The translations under genes were made by a program, and so were the position numbers. Shown piece after piece: positions 63,598 through 64,000 of a stretch of DNA of 64,000 nt (within the stretch, counting starts at the first letter, position 1; each line of letters opens with the position of its first letter). The notes under the pieces are model-generated. The model worked only from the letters and a program-made list of their open reading frames with translations. It was not told the origin of the DNA and ran no database searches. Location: positions 51,097 through 115,096 of the forward strand of contig DASPXE010000007.1 in NCBI GenBank assembly GCA_035637455.1, given 5' to 3'. Source of the stretch: Gemmatimonadales bacterium (GTDB lineage Bacteria > Gemmatimonadota > Gemmatimonadetes > Gemmatimonadales > GWC2-71-9).

Positions 63598-64000
63598 TTA
63601 GAGCCCCTGGCGGAACCGTAACCCGAGCGTCCGATATCGGAACGCTTCAGTTCGAGTGCCGGTCGTCGAGGTGGCGCCGGCGGAGTTCGTAATCGAGCCG
63701 ACGAGCGCCAGCTCGTTGTTCGCGCCCCAAGCGCGGGAGACCGTCAGCCCGAAGTGCCATGCCGTTTGGTGGGCGGCGGCACGAAACACCTGCTGTGAGC
63801 CGATGCCGCCGTCGGCACGTACGCCCCAGCGGCTGCGCTGCCACTGATACACAACGCGCCCCTCGAGCACGCTGAATCGATCCGGCGCGAAGTACAGCCC
63901 GGGGGCGGCTCGCCGATACCCCAGCACGCGAGCGAACGGGCCGATTTGCAGGCCACGCGCCACACGCCCCAGCACCGCGCCGACGACCGAATAGCGGCGG
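63598..64000 (-). CDS. Hypothetical beta-strand-rich (outer membrane?) protein, C-terminal part (partial, runs off window end)
   Basis: The ORF is open to the window edge. It shows alternating aromatic/hydrophilic periodicity (VVYQWQRSRWGVRADGGIG...FRYRTLGLRFRQGL). No family recognised. Confidence 0.35.
   Translation of the reverse strand, partial: RRYSVVGAVLGRVARGLQIGPFARVLGYRRAAPGLYFAPDRFSVLEGRVVYQWQRSRWGVRADGGIGSQQVFRAAAHQTAWHFGLTVSRAWGANNELALVGSITNSAGATSTTGTRTEAFRYRTLGLRFRQGL

Overview
The window is about 70% GC and gene-dense, with many 4-nt start/stop overlaps (ATGA, GTGA, TTGA). I saw no rRNA, intact tRNA, CRISPR array, transposase or integrase. All family calls come from reading motifs in the translations; no database search was run. 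Gene content (DUF1800/DUF1501 pair, PadR remnant, triple GH57 glycogen cluster) weakly suggests a Gemmatimonadota/Acidobacteriota-like soil bacterium.

Layout:
- 1-19 kb: housekeeping and envelope genes. These include an ABC exporter fragment, DUF1800/DUF1501, htrA, a GAF-PAS kinase, acnA, an Omp85-like protein with a GT2 and a TPR/beta-barrel protein, murB, and an ECF sigma operon.
- 19-31 kb: a same-strand redox island, the most interesting part of the window. Its order is hemG, a 2-TM ORF, an orphan CXXCH domain, then a four-gene porin-cytochrome-like operon. That operon encodes an 8(+1)-haem lipoprotein, an 18(+2)-haem NapC/NirT-type membrane-anchored cytochrome, a beta-barrel, and a 16-haem doubled-CXXCH cytochrome. 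After an Hsp20 pseudogene come a Cyc2-like fused monohaem cytochrome-porin, a type-1 copper cupredoxin, a Met/His-rich LTXXQ protein and an FAD oxidoreductase.
- 31-36 kb: small accessory genes and gene remnants.
- 36-46 kb: copper and respiration genes. These are a P1B ATPase with a TPCP motif, ba3-type oxidase I/II/IIa, a two-component system, nirK and a tandem USP.
- 46-56 kb: glycogen cluster with three GH57 genes, glgA and glgP.
- 56-64 kb: fpg, MocA/XdhC, a beta-CASP hydrolase, SulP, DoxX and MarR.

Other signals:
- 13-bp-phased CGT-anchored repeat arrays lie on both sides of htrA.
- A 28-nt perfect palindrome occurs twice, 44 kb apart.
- Three genes appear to need CTG initiation or stop read-through.
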